A stretch of 64,000 nt of DNA from Gonapodya sp. JEL0774 (taxonomy: Eukaryota), in the NCBI GenBank assembly GCA_027604505.1, contig JADIIX010000003.1:62001-126000 (forward strand), read 5' to 3'. Positions 40,031 through 53,013 of the stretch are shown here, one piece after another. Position 1 is the stretch's first letter; every line of letters starts with the position of its first letter. The notes under the pieces were generated by a model. That model saw only the letters and a program-made list of their open reading frames with translations. It searched no databases and was not told the DNA's origin. A program made the translations under genes and the position numbers.

Positions 40031-42333
40031 TCATTTCACATTGCTGAGAAGTTGTTCTCGACGATGACCACTCACCGCTTCCCTCATCCAGTGCGATCCC
40101 CCAGATGTCTCGTAGCTGTTGTACGACGAGACCCTCGACATGGCGGTATTCACATCCGAAAGCATGGCGGTATAATAGGCGCGGTCCGAAATCAGCGTCG
40201 CTGGATCATTTGGAGTCATTGCCGGATCAGGCAGTGTCCCGTCGACACCTCGGATAAGAAGCTCGAGCTCGGCCTTCACGGGTTGTAGGGTTTCCCTCGC
40301 CGTACTGTAGTTCCGGCCCTCTGCATTCTGGGAGGCGGCCTTGATGGCATCAGACACACGGAGGCGGATGATTTCCCGGACGACTGCGCGGCGGCGGAGT
40401 GGCTTTGGGGTCGCTGCAGAATCTTCTGTGCGGAGCACCGTAAGAGGCGCTGGCAAGCGAGCGATGACAACGCGAGGTGATGATTCCGCGGCTCCGATCG
40501 CCCGGAACGAACCCTCCACAATCTCGAGGACCGGTTGCGCTCCCAGCGTCTGCGTTCTCGGCAGAACCGATTGAAACACGACCACCTTCTTCTCTCCATA
40601 GATCATGTCGGCATACTTCACTGTGACTTGCTTCCTGTTGGAGCTGAGGACATCTTCGCTCGCCTGACTCCCCGACTTTACGTTGGTAAATGTGACGTCA
40701 CCGGGACAGTTGTAGGTGGTGACGAAATCCTGGACGCATTGGCCTGACAGGGCTCCGAGAGCGCCGGCCATAGCGGGTCTAACCGAGAGTTGGTGTAGCA
40801 ATCAGCGGCATATACATTTTTGAATTGTGGCAAGATTTGACTCACCTGAACGCATCCACGCTCTCTGCGTAGTTGAACGAGCCGCTAGTCCGGGCCGAGA
40901 TCTGCGACAGCAAGTTGGAGTCGTGACCCGTTCCGAAACCGAAGCTGTAAATAGGGCAGCTGGCAGACAAAACAAGTATTGTAAATCAGATCGGTTGAGT
41001 CTATTCACGCCGTGTTCTGACAAGCGTGTCGTCGCCTGCTCACTTCATATCAGCAGCTCCTGCAACATGAGCAGTCCAATCTTGACCTTCCGTGTCTTGC
41101 CCATCGCTCATCAAAAATATGGCCTTGACTGTGTTTCTTTGCGTGCGCTTGGCCATGATGTCGATACCGAGCCGCAAACCCAGAGCAATGTTCGTGCCAC
41201 CACCCGCGTTGAGGCTTCGAATGGCGTCTGGTTGCGGGTTTTGGATTACGAAGCTTGAATTTATTTCGAGGTCGAAAATGAGAATTCACCTTCCAATCTG
41301 TCTCTGTTCTGTGGAGACACGCAGACAAGGGGCAGCACTTCCCGGACCTGTGTGTCGAACGCCACGAGTGACAATCTGTCACCTGGGCTCATTTCCTCAA
41401 TCATGAATTTGAGCGTTTGGCGAACTGCATCCATTTTTGAGCCGCTCATAGAACCGGACTTGTCGAGAACTGCCACCAGGTCACAGGGTGGTCGAGTGGT
41501 GGTGACCCTCTCGGGGGGAGCAGACTTTGCCTGAATAAAGCACGCGAACGTTGCTGGCCCTGTTTCGCGGGTAAGGTCACTGTGAGGAAGTGACTGGACA
41601 AACAAATGACAGGGGGCTAACACAATACCCTGTTGATTTGCAGGAATCGAGTCGAACTCGGACTCAAAAGAGTACTCCAGAAGACTCTGTTGGTCCACGT
41701 CAGCTACAGCTACTTGACTGGCCACTTCCGGTAACGGATCATCGCGAGTGGGATCGTGTGGGGTGAAAATCGAGAAGCGGTCGCTGTTCCGGCCGACAAA
41801 GGCGGCTTGCTGTTGCTGTGGAGGTCCGCGGTTGTATAACCAACCATGATTCAAATTAATTTGAGGAGGAGGCACGGGAGCGGTATGGGCTGCTGGTGCT
41901 ATCGGTGGACCAGGCATGGCCATGTCGGGGAAGTCCTGTGTGGAGTTGCGGTGATTTGACAAGTCAAGTTGAGAGAATGCCGCGGCAAAAAATTTGGTCA
42001 TTACAAACTTTTTTGCAAATGCCGCACTTTTTCTGGTTGGAAGCGATATTCTGGTTGTAACAGCGCATGTGAAGGAGGTGACCACAACCTGTTGGTTTGC
42101 TATTTGCTTCAGAATCAACCACGGAATGAGTGCGAAATAGGCTCCATTCTCTCACCAGGATTGAATATGGGTTCTCCGCCCCGCAGTTCCATTCTGCCGA
42201 GGCAGATGTAACAGTCGTCCCTCTGTCCTCCGGATTGAGACGGTGGAGCGGACAGCACACCCTCCGCGGGCGATACAGTCAAGAGGGGACCCGAGCTCTG
42301 AGGTGAATTCGTGTTCTGGTTGTTGGCAGACAT
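40031..42333 (-). CDS. RING-H2 + von Willebrand A domain protein (putative E3 ligase)
   Basis: CYICLG...P|GCGHLLHMRC...CGIC, vWA MIDAS DLVAVLDKSGSM, GDRLSLVAFD, FGFGCGSVS; C-terminal helical region. Confidence 0.88.
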
Positions 42334-43881
42334 GGCGTTCAAAGAGTTCTGTTGGATTCTTTGTGCCGGTCAAGTCTGCTTGGACTTTATGGGACTCGGT
42401 TTGGAGTATGCTGTGGCCCCACTTCAAGCAAACTCCACAGCTGAATATCAAGCCTCACCCTAAGAGCCACTCAACAACGTGATAGGAAGAGCTTGGCGTG
42501 AGAAGCCCACTCTCACAAAATAATGGCTGCCCGAAGGAGATCTTCGGCACTACACAATGCTAGGAAATTTTCACAAAATAATGGCAGCCCAGTCTCGAGA
42601 CACCTCTTACCCTATAATATTTGTCTCGCCGACGCTCTTGCACAAATCACCCAGTAAGGGCCTGCGCAGTGGGACACTTCACAAAACACACGAGTAGAGA
42701 TAAAAAACAATACCAGGCTTTGTAACGAATAAGCAGAAAATAGATCTGACTCAGCAGTGGTCTAACCGATCCTTTGCGTCAGGCACCTCCTCCTTCATTT
42801 GCCCCTTTCCGCTGGATACCACATATGAAAAGCACTTGCGTTCTTTACTGTAACGAGAAATGTTGACGTGACGGAGACAGCTACGAGGCTGGATCGCCGG
42901 TATCAGCATTGCGCGACTGCAAACTTGGCCTGACACACCCTTTCACTGATGACAATACTGCTTTGTTCCATATCACATGCGTAGCCGAACTCTTCGAGCT
43001 CAGCCAAAGAGGTCTCCAGCAACCGCGAATGGTGGCGGAGTGCCATCAAATTTCATAGTCTACCTTTCCACTCACTAGAGCATGTACATCATACTACTGA
43101 AGGTGCCGTGGACGTTCTCCAAGTATTTCGTGATACCGCTGAGAACTTTGCAATTGGGCGAGAGTCCCACCTCCGATCAAAAAGTGCAGATGTGAGCCGA
43201 TGAATTTGTTTCTATCATATTCTACTGTGGGATTCCGCTGCTCACCGAGCCATCACCTTTTTTGCTGAAGCTGCAAATGCGGATTTGGCGTGTACCGCCG
43301 TTATTGTGTCTTCATATGAAAGAGTTGTATTTGCAATTGCTATCCTACATCCACGTCGGCAATGAACAGGGAGAAGAAGACTATTGAATTGTCGCTGTTG
43401 TGTCTGGAAACGTAGATACAAGCCCACATTATAGTTTGCATCGATGGCCGCTCTGATCATCGAACAAGACAAGACCTCAAATCAAGTTCGCGTGGTTACC
43501 AAAGAACTCAGCATGCAACGGCCTTCTGAGCTGGGATTGTCGACTGGTCCGACTTGGGTGCAGATTCCGGATATAGTGTTTCATTTGTTTACCCGAGGGT
43601 CTGTAGCCGTGCCAAGAAGAATTATCGATCCCGTCCGGTGCCCTTGCAGACAGAATCGGATGCGCATAAACGGACACTTCGACACATCCCGTTTTTCCCG
43701 CTGAGTCTCGTCCGGATTCTCAGTACCACAAACGCTATTTCATTGTTTATAAAAGAAATGCATCGATCGTTGTCTATTTCAGTCCGCCTTCTCCCGTTCT
43801 CCCTCTATTCTTCCCCTCTTCAATCAATCCATCTCATTGCACACCTCGACCTCCTTCTTTCCACTATACGATCAAGAATCA

Positions 43882-46800
43882 ATGACGCTTCCAAAACAGT
43901 ACGACGCTCATAGTGTCATCAAGCTCGACGAAATCAAGCAGGAAGAAACCAAACCCTTGCCGCTTGCACGCCATCTCTCGACAAGGTCTCTCACCTCGCA
44001 ATTTGGATTGTCCGGTGAGTCGCACGTGGAGAGATGAAACAACCTGAATACCGTTGTGCTCGAACTCAAACTACGGGGCTCGGTTATTTTGGTAGCTGCG
44101 GAGCTTGCTCCTTTCCTGAACAAGGTCCGACGACTCGCGATAGAGAAGGGTTACGACAAAAAGGAAGCAACGCTCGTATGGCGGGACGTGAGAGTCGTCG
44201 GGAGCAAATCATTGGTTTCGGAGGGGATTCCAAATTTCCTCGAGGTAGGCGACTTTAGAGTGTTGCCTTTCTGGTGGTTACACATCTCAATCGCACTTTC
44301 TTGGCTTCCAGGCCTGCTTAGCACCTTTCCTCGCCCCGTACGCAATATTCAAATCACTCACGCAGAAGGTTGATCCCACAGACACTTCAGCGACCATCCT
44401 CCATCCCACCAGCGGGTTCCTACGGCCAGGAGAAATGCTGCTCGTTCTTGGAAAACCCGGTTCAGGAACGGCACCGTTTGTGAGAGTTCTGGGTAAGACT
44501 CCGGGAAGGATAGCGACATTATACAAGGAAGTGTCTGGTGATATTACGATCAACGGGATGGAGAATGGAGAGTTCAAGGTACGCTTGCCGCGTGATGTAT
44601 AGCAAACTTCTTTGCACTCTGTGTAGATGTAAGTCGGCTCAAGTTTGTGTGCTTGTTTCAACAGAGACTCTACCAAAACGAGGTGCTCTACAGTGGAGGT
44701 ATGTTCCATATCGGAGGTTCGACTTGGTAAACTCGTATCATTTCCCCTTATCGTATTGTTTGGTCTTGTTCGATCAGACAACGATCTCCACATTCCTAGT
44801 TTGACTGTCAGGGAAACACTCGCCGTAGCCACCGAATTCAAAATCGGGGCTTCCACAGCCGAAGAGGGCGTGCAGAATGTACGAAACGAATACATGGAAT
44901 TCGTGGAAGAATGGTTGGGAATGAGTAGGGCCATGGACACCATCGTCGGCAATGAGTTTCTGCGAGGCGTCAGTGGTGGAGAAAAGAAGCGGGTGTCAAG
45001 TAAGCCCCCATCAGTCCTGTAACACACACTCGTACTCATTCTGAAAATTCCGCGTCGCAGTTGCTGAACAGTTCTTGGGATCCGCCGCGCTGAACGTTTG
45101 GGACCAAACGACGAGAGGCCTCGACTCCACTTACGCTCTTCAAGTTATCAAGGGGCTGAGACTCGTAACGAGTGCCCAGAAGCGAACCACGGTGGTGCAC
45201 AGTGAGTGTCACTTTGTGGATGCTATGAAACCACAGGTTCCGCGCTCAATACTCAGAACAACTCGCCCTCAATGAATCGTCAGTCACTCAAACCGGTGAC
45301 TCCATCTTCAAACTCTTCGACCGGGTAGCTCTTTTTGCCGAAGGTCGAACGATCTATAGTGGACCCACCTCTCAGGCCCACGAATACTTCCGCAAACTGG
45401 GGTTCCGGCCCCTCCCTCGACAGAGCACTCCCGACTTCCTCAACTCAGTGACTGAATTGAAGGAAAGGGTATTGGCGGATGGCGTAGACCCAAACAGTGT
45501 ACCGTCCACCGCACAGGAGTTTGAGGATGTATGGCTCAAGTCTGAGGTGGGTTGAGAACGTTGAAGATTCTGCACATTTCAAGTACTTATGAACACGGTC
45601 TTTTTCTATTTATACGTAGAATTATCGAGAAATGATGTCGGAGTTGGCCGAAGTCGAACAGCAAAACCTGAAAAAGAAAGTAGCGGAATCTTTCGACGCA
45701 GCAGAAAAGGCGTACCGCAGAGAAACATCCAGTGCTTCCCAGGACTCCGTCTACGCAAGGAGCAATTGGGAACAATTCAAAGTCGCTCTCAAACGCGAGA
45801 TTCTTCTTATGAACGGGCAACGACAAGAGGTCATTTCGAACGCAATCTACGTTATCCTCATTGCAATTGTGCTATCGTCGGTCAGCTACCAAATGCCCCT
45901 CACACCACTGGGTGCCTTGGCACGTGCTGGTCTTGTCTTTTTCGCTTTGTGGGTGTTTCTTGAGTGTCGTCACTTTAACGTTGTTTTCAACTTGTTCTTT
46001 TCTGTGGGTTGCAGGCTCTTCAGCGCAGTACAAACTCAGACGGACGTACCTGCCTTGGTCTCGGGGCGATCTTACGTTTACAAACACAAAGAATGGTCTT
46101 TCTATCATGCGGGAATTCGCTTCGTAAGTGGTTCGCCGATTCCAACGGCCCTCACCGTGGCTTCAATGTTTATGGCATAATTTAATTCTTCTTAATAGAT
46201 CTCATGGTGTGCTGCCGACGTACCAACTCGTGTCATCAACACTATCACTTTCGGAACAATACTTTACTGGATGGCTGGACTGAATCCCCAGGCTTCTCGT
46301 TTCTTCATATTTTTATTGGTCGTCTTTTTCACTGGATTCGCTTACGCTGGGTTCAGTCGGTGAGCGTGTGGTGACCCGCGGTCCTGCTGTAAATATTCTT
46401 ATAATTCACCGTCAACATGCTTGTATCCTAGGTTCATCACAGCTATTTCACCAAACGAAGATACTGCTATTCGCATGAACGCCGTTTATCTTATCCCGTG
46501 TCTCAGTAAGTTCCCTTTCATCAGGCAGAGTAGGGACTCACTAGTTGAGCTGCACCTTGCCATCAGTCTACAGCGGATTCTTGATTCCTTATCCACAAGT
46601 ACATCCTTGGTTTGTTTGGTTTGTCTGGTTGAACCCGTTGGCATACGGGTACCGAGGTATGTAGAGGTGACGCCGGCCAATATTTTGGGCAATACATCGT
46701 CGACCTAACAGTTTGCTGTTACAGCTCTCATGGGTAACGAGTTCCGTGGGCTGACTTTCCAATGTGAAGGTGTTTCAGTCGTGCCACCGTATCCTGATGT

Positions 46801-49599
46801 CAGTGATGCGTACAAGACTTGCAACGTTGCGGGTGCCACTCCTGGCAGTCTGCTCATCGACGGCAGTGACTACGTTTACCAAGCTTTCGGATTCACGGCA
46901 TATTCTTCAACCGTTTGGTGGAACTTCGGGGCTGTTGCTGGGCTCTTCGTCATTTCGATTCTGATGGCCGTGAGAGAAAGCCTTTTAGAAAAGTTTTTTT
47001 CTTGCATTCTAAAGTATGAACTTTCCATAGGTTGTTGTCTCGGAGATCGCTGAGTTTGGGGCCAGCGGAATCAACAGCATGATTTACAAGAAAGGCAAAT
47101 TGCCCCGTCACCTCGAGAAAGCTGACGACACCTCGGTGGAGATCAACGAAAACGCAGTTACTCGCGTCGCTTCTCTTGAGATGAGCAATAGCCTCAACTT
47201 AACCTGGCGAGGGCTGAGCTATTGGATCACTCTTCCAACCGGAGAGCGTCAACTCTTGACAAACATCTCCGGTGCTGCCCGCCCCGGTCGAATGCTCGCC
47301 CTCATGGGATTTACGGGCGCCGGTAAAACTACCCTTCAAGATGTGCTTACTCGGCGAAAGACAGACGGACGGATCGAAGGGTCCGTGTATGTTGGTTCTC
47401 TGCCACAAACCTCTGGATTCAAGCGAATCATGGGATACGCAGAACGTGAGTCTCAAATTCTGGCCTTTCGTGAATGAGTGTTGTGCTCTTTGTGATTCCG
47501 TCACTCCTATTCAGAAATGGACGTTCACACTCCGACAAGCACGATTCGCGAAGCGTTGCGATTCTCCGCTTACCTTCGTCAACCCCCGGAAGTTTCTGTC
47601 GAGGAAAAGAACCGATTTGTTGAAGAGGTAACTTTTGTTATTATCACTGATTGCACTTTCCGAATATGACGATCGTTTTATCTTAGATCATCGAACTAAT
47701 GGGCTTGACCGATATCGCAGATGCTCTGGTCGGCAAGCTGGAGACAGGGGTGGGCATCAATCTCACCGATCGTAAGCGTCTCACAATTGCAATAGAGCTT
47801 TGTGCTCGCCCCGAGTTCCTCGTACTTGATGAGGTGTGTTTCGCCTCTGGCTATATTGTCGATTCAATTCTCTTAGTGTATTTCCTTGGCAGCCGACGTC
47901 TGGCCTCGACTCCTTCGCAGCTTTCCAGATTGTTAAGCTTCTGAAGAAACTCGTGAGCTTCTATTACCTGTAAAACTACTTGCGATACTCTGACATGTGC
48001 TTGTTTAAACACAGGCCGAGAAGGGGCAGGTGGTTCTTTGCACGATTCACCAACCTTCCGCGATCCTCTTCGAGCACTTTGATGATCTTTTGATGCTTGG
48101 TCCTGGTGGTAAAACTCTTTACTATGGAGAGATCGGGCCGAGTTCCAAAATTGTCACGAGCTATTTTGAAAAGCGCGGCGCAGCACCCTATGACCCGAAC
48201 GAGAATCCCGCCGAGTACGTTATGGATGCCGGTAATGGTTTGAGGAATGACGACATCGAAGCCTCAGTCGATTGGGTTGCGCTCTGGAAGGAATCTGAGG
48301 AAGCCAATGCTCTGGAAGCTATGATAGATAGACTTCGCAACATCCCAGTGGACGATGGGGCTCAGGAGTTGCAGAAGAAAGAGTACAGTCTAAACACACT
48401 ACAAGTGAGATGATCATCCGTTTTCTCCTCTTCCTGTTAGTTACGTACTCATCATTCAAAAACTTCCAACTCTTAGCAAATTCCAATTGTCTTGGAGCGA
48501 ATGATGTTGGCATACTATCGCAACCCCGACTACACTTTCGGCAGGGTGACAGTCGCTCTGATCAACACACTTATATTGAGTTTCTCGTACTACCAAGTCA
48601 GTCACGATGCAGGGGGAGTATCCAACCGCATCTACGCAATCTTCAATGCAGCCACGTCTGCTGTTGCCACGATTATGGTGAGCAGCTCCGATGTACATTC
48701 AGGATGCGATCTTGCTTACCCCCCGCGCCGTAGATATCACTACCTCACTTCCTTGAGCTGAAGAAGTACTTTAAGCGTGAAAACGCTCAGGGTTTCTATA
48801 ATTGGTTTTCCTTTTGCACCGCTATTACAATCGCTGAAGTGGGTATTGACTCGCTAAAATTGATTTGATGAACTTCACTCATTGGCCTCCAACATTTAGA
48901 TTCCGTACACAATTATCCAGTCCACTGTATACTTCGTGATCTTCTATTATGTCATTGGCCTGTCCAAGTCATTAGCAGACGGTGCGGTCTTCTGGGCATT
49001 CTTCACTCTCCTCCAATTCTTCGCCGTGTCGATCGGCCAGTGGATGTCGGCTTTGTTACCCAACCTTCCCTTGGTCACTGTCCTGGCATCTCTTATTACG
49101 ACAGTTTTCCCAGGATTTGCGGGCGTTGGTACACCCATATCGCTCATCCCGAAATTCTGGTATTGGATGTATTACCTTGACCCTTATTGTGAGTTGGTAA
49201 TCGTTTGTAGAGTTGATCAGCATTTGGGATTAATCCGCGATCTCGTTTATTCTAGACTACTTTAGCGAGGCGACTTTGGAGACGGAAATGCACGGCCTGA
49301 ATATCCAATGCCAGGACTCCGAGTTCCTTCGTTTCGCACCCCCTCCCAACAACACCTGCGAATCGTACATGGCCCCTTACTTTGCCGCAGGAGGACCTGG
49401 TTACCTGCAAGACCCTACTTCTACCACCCTGTGTGGACTTTGCCAAAGCGCAAGCGGTGAAGCTACTCTGGCAAACCAGTTCTCATTTTCTCACGACAAC
49501 ATTTGGCGCAACTTTGGCATTCTCGTCGCAATGATCGTCATGAATCGGGTGTTGTTATACGTGTTTATGAGGAGGAACGCTATGGTGTCTGCCAAGTAA
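43882..49599 (+). CDS. Full-size ABCG/PDR-type multidrug ABC transporter (many introns)
   Basis: NBD1 LVLGKPGSG...[10 protein letters not shown]...[13 protein letters not shown]2 [12 protein letters not shown]...[10 protein letters not shown]...LDEPTSGLDS, CTIHQPS; PDR-type cysteine extracellular loops. Confidence 0.95.
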
Positions 49600-50030
49600 C
49601 CGCATTTAGTGAAGGGATAAGTGCACCTTGGGTCCCAAACTTCAGTTGCAATCTCGTTGGATATACGGCAAACTCGGTCGCAAACCACTGATAGATTAGA
49701 ATGGTCATATTTTCTCCGCATCGCATAAATTGAATACATAGATAGTCTCAGTGACGCTTTGCTGCCTGTGTGAATCAACGTGAAAGTTCTTGCAAGCACA
49801 TCCTTCGCTCTCGTTCATGCAATTATCACCCGCTACAAATGTGGATGAAAACCGTGTATAAAAGTGGTGGTGGCGTACGATCCCAGACTACTTCAACTCC
49901 AGTCGCCACAACTTCTACTATGTAACAATTGTAACCCCTCCAGGAGGATATCCACGATCTGAACCAGGGTATGAGGAGAAGTCTTCAAAGAGTACCCGCC
50001 TTAGAAGTTGTCACCCTCACCATCCAAAAA

Positions 50031-50197
50031 CACGGCAAAACAGCAGGTCCCTCAAATAGGAGGTGAGACCTTCACTTATCGACAAGTCTTCGGACCTCTG
50101 TCATCTAGAAAATTGGAAACGATACAGAGAAGATTAGCATGGCTCCCTGTGCAAGGATGACACGCAAGTTCTGAGATGGATCTCAAATTTTTTTTTT
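50031..50197. repeat. Repeat A, inverted copy of about 58138-58304
   Basis: Identical by eye to the reverse complement of the U6 locus, including 50 bp upstream. Confidence 0.97.
50081..50192 (+). ncRNA. U6 spliceosomal snRNA copy lacking the downstream B-box (possibly non-expressed)
   Basis: 5' UUCG hairpin (GACAAGTCTTCGGACCTCTGTC), ACAGAGA box, AGATTAGCATGG, CCTGTGCAAGGATGACACGC, T10 terminator. Confidence 0.9.
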
Positions 50198-50470
50198 CTA
50201 TTCCCATAGTCTCTCTTCTCCCCGGGACTCAAGTCACTCTCCTACTCACTCTCCTGGTCACTCTCCCCGGGACTCATGTCGTCTCCTACGCTTAGAGTCA
50301 TCCATCTCAGGACTTGGGAGACTAACGTCACTGGAGTCTGGCTGAAATAGAGACGGACTTCAGTCACAGCGTACTACACAAGTCACTGTTGGGTGTCGAC
50401 AAGTCTGTTCAGTACTCCCGTTTCCCACCGCATGATGAACATATGTACATATCAACATATGATACACCTA
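50198..50470. repeat. Repeat B, inverted copy of 52737-53013
   Basis: 273 bp, differing by 1 substitution and a 4-bp CCGG indel. Confidence 0.97.
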
Positions 50471-50915
50471 TTGACATAACTCCCCGCAAATCAAGCCCGA
50501 GCCACGGTCTTGTCATTCTCGGTAACAGTCGGAGAAGGGGAGCATTGCTCACAACCATTGCTATTGTCAACGGCCTCACCGAGCTCATTTCACATGCGTA
50601 AGCCGTGCCGTGGCCCCGATCATCTCAAGCTGGCCAAAGAAGCACGTAAAATCCGCGAAACTCGAACGCAACACAGGTTGATCGAAGCATGCGAATGCGT
50701 ATAGCCGTACTTTTTACACAGAAAACATTTCAAATTGAGAGGCGGAGTCACGCGGAGCTTCATATCGAACTGTCCTGACCGTACCTGGCGCCACGTTTCT
50801 CATCAACGGAATAACGACCTTTACCCGTCTCTGCAATATATCAGCGCCTTCGATCTTGCATCATTTACCCTCTTGATCACTGAAAAGTATTGACTGCAAT
50901 TACATCACCGACACT

Positions 50916-51983
50916 ATGAAGTTCGAAGAGTTCAATCCTGCCCGCGACATGCCAAGTCTCTCGGGGAAATGCATTCTCATCACTGGAGGTGAACATTGAT
51001 GTTTCGCACTGGAAGGGTGGAGAGTTCTGTTACCTATTTAATATCTGCCTGTCGGAAAAACTTCCCGGCCGTATTACTCACTAGGCACTGCGGGACTCGG
51101 CAAAGACGTCGTTCTCGCGCTCGCCAAGATACAAAATCCTCCATCGAGAGTATACTTTACTGGCCGCGCTGTATCAACTGACAAGGCAGCTGCAGTCGAA
51201 ACAGAGTTCTTGGACGCCCTCCCACTTCAAGCCAAGTCCACCAGCAAGGCGGTCTTTGTGCCTTGCGATCTCGCATCGCTCGCAAATGTGAAACAAGCAG
51301 CTGGATTGCTCGTAACATATCTCCAAGAGAACGACCCCGCTGCCACACCTCCGCGCCTTGATGTTGTCATTTGCAATGCCGGGATCATGGCTGTCCCTCC
51401 ATCGGTCACCAAGGACGGCTTCGAGATTCAGTTCGGGACAAATTACATGGGTCACGCACTGCTCGTCAAGCTTCTCCTTTCAAACCTTGTTGCCGCCAAA
51501 GGTCGCATCGTCTCGGTAACGTCGCAGGGACAGGGGTTCGCTGACATCATTCCAGGCGGTATTGCGTTCTCCAGTCTCTTGTCGGAACAAACTGGATCTG
51601 GCTTTGGGTTCTTGGGGACCTGGAAGAAGTACGGTCAATCGAAGCTAGCCAATGTCCTTTTTGCACGTGAGATTGCCCGACGGTACCCCGACGTCACAGC
51701 CATCTCCATTCACCCTGGCGTAGTTAATACGGGTCTCGTTTCTACGCTTGGTTTCTGGAACAACCTGTTGGTGAAAGTAGGCGCTCGTTTCAATTCCCCC
51801 GAAGATGGCATCAAGAACCATCTGTGGGCCATTGGGTCGGAGAAGTCGGCTGTTAAAAACGGAGGTTACTATGAGCCCGTGGGAGAGCCTGGAAGGAAAA
51901 CGAGATACAATGAGGACAGTGAGCTGGCAGCAAAGTTGTGGGACTGGACGGAGAAGGAGCTGGGGAAGTGGACTACGACGTAA
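50916..51983 (+). CDS. Short-chain dehydrogenase/reductase (retinol dehydrogenase/WWOX-like)
   Basis: ILITG|GTAGLG, CNAGIM, QFGTNYMGH, YGQSKLAN, IHPGVVNT; one intron. Confidence 0.93.
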
Positions 51984-52736
51984 ACATTGCAGCAAGTGAC
52001 TACGTATCATTGCATTTGAGTTATTGTTCTCATTTTATATATAAGTGTCTGAGACCGTTGAATCCACAGACGCAGACACTATAGCCACAACCGACTTGTT
52101 CATTCTCGGGTAACATCTGCCGAACATGAATATCATAAGGCCCCTTGACGACTCTTTCTCCGAAGTTATTCTGTAAGTGAAAGCCACGTTCTATGCGTGC
52201 CGGATGACCTCCAATGTAGGTGCACGAGGTGCACTGTGTTCGGTTCCATGATCCAATATTGTGGAATCGATGGAACCACCTTCACTAAAACTTCCAAGCT
52301 CGCAGAGCAAATGGAAATCATGACGCTGTGGTAGTTACGCAATGGTGTGGTGAATGTATAATGTGTGCATGCCTGATGAGTGGAACTCATCGTTCAAATG
52401 CTGTAAGGTACCCTGTACGTGCAAATGATCACTCCCACTCCACCAAAATTCCAAATGTGCATGTAAATATTTGATTCTGTGAAACAGCTACTCCAGAGCG
52501 GTACTCTTAGTGTCTTTGACAATACTTCCTTTCGCGCAGCCTTCAAAGCTGCTATATCGCCTCGCCCTTTTCTACAGTAACGCTAAATATAATATCTGTG
52601 GGTGTGGCGTGTTTTTGGTATATGGTGATATGATATAGTACGGCAGATTCACAAAAACCGTTCCCAAACCTCTGGATCAACTGCCACGCATGAATCACCA
52701 CCCATCGGCTCAACAATACGTTTATTTCGTAATGTC

Positions 52737-53013
52737 TAGGTGTATCATATGTTGATATGTACATATGTTCATCATGCGGTGGGAGACGGGAGTACTGAAC
52801 AGACTTGTCGACACCCAACAGTGACTTGTGTAGTACGCTGTGACTGAAGTCCGTCTCTATTTCAGCCAGACTCCAGTGACGTTAGTCTCCCAAGTCCTGA
52901 GATGGATGACTCTAAGCGTAGGAGACGACATGAGTCCCGGGGAGAGTGACCAGGAGAGTGAGTAGGAGAGTGACTTGAGTCCCGGCCGGGGAGAAGAGAG
53001 ACTATGGGAATAG
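52737..53013. repeat. Repeat B', inverted partner of 50198-50470
   Basis: Reverse-complement match, read directly. Confidence 0.97.

Noticed and set aside
42700..43700. Possible minus-strand gene fragments
   Set aside because: No consistent frame or recognisable motif.
50490..52610. Peptide similarity FSVTVxxGE between 50510(+) and about 52580(-), read as a paralogous gene
   Set aside because: Too short, and in stop-ridden frames, to call; retained only as a caveat to the att model.
52730..52770. Helitron 3' end (hairpin + CTAG)
   Set aside because: CTAG occurs in only one copy, it is not followed by T, and there is no Rep/helicase.
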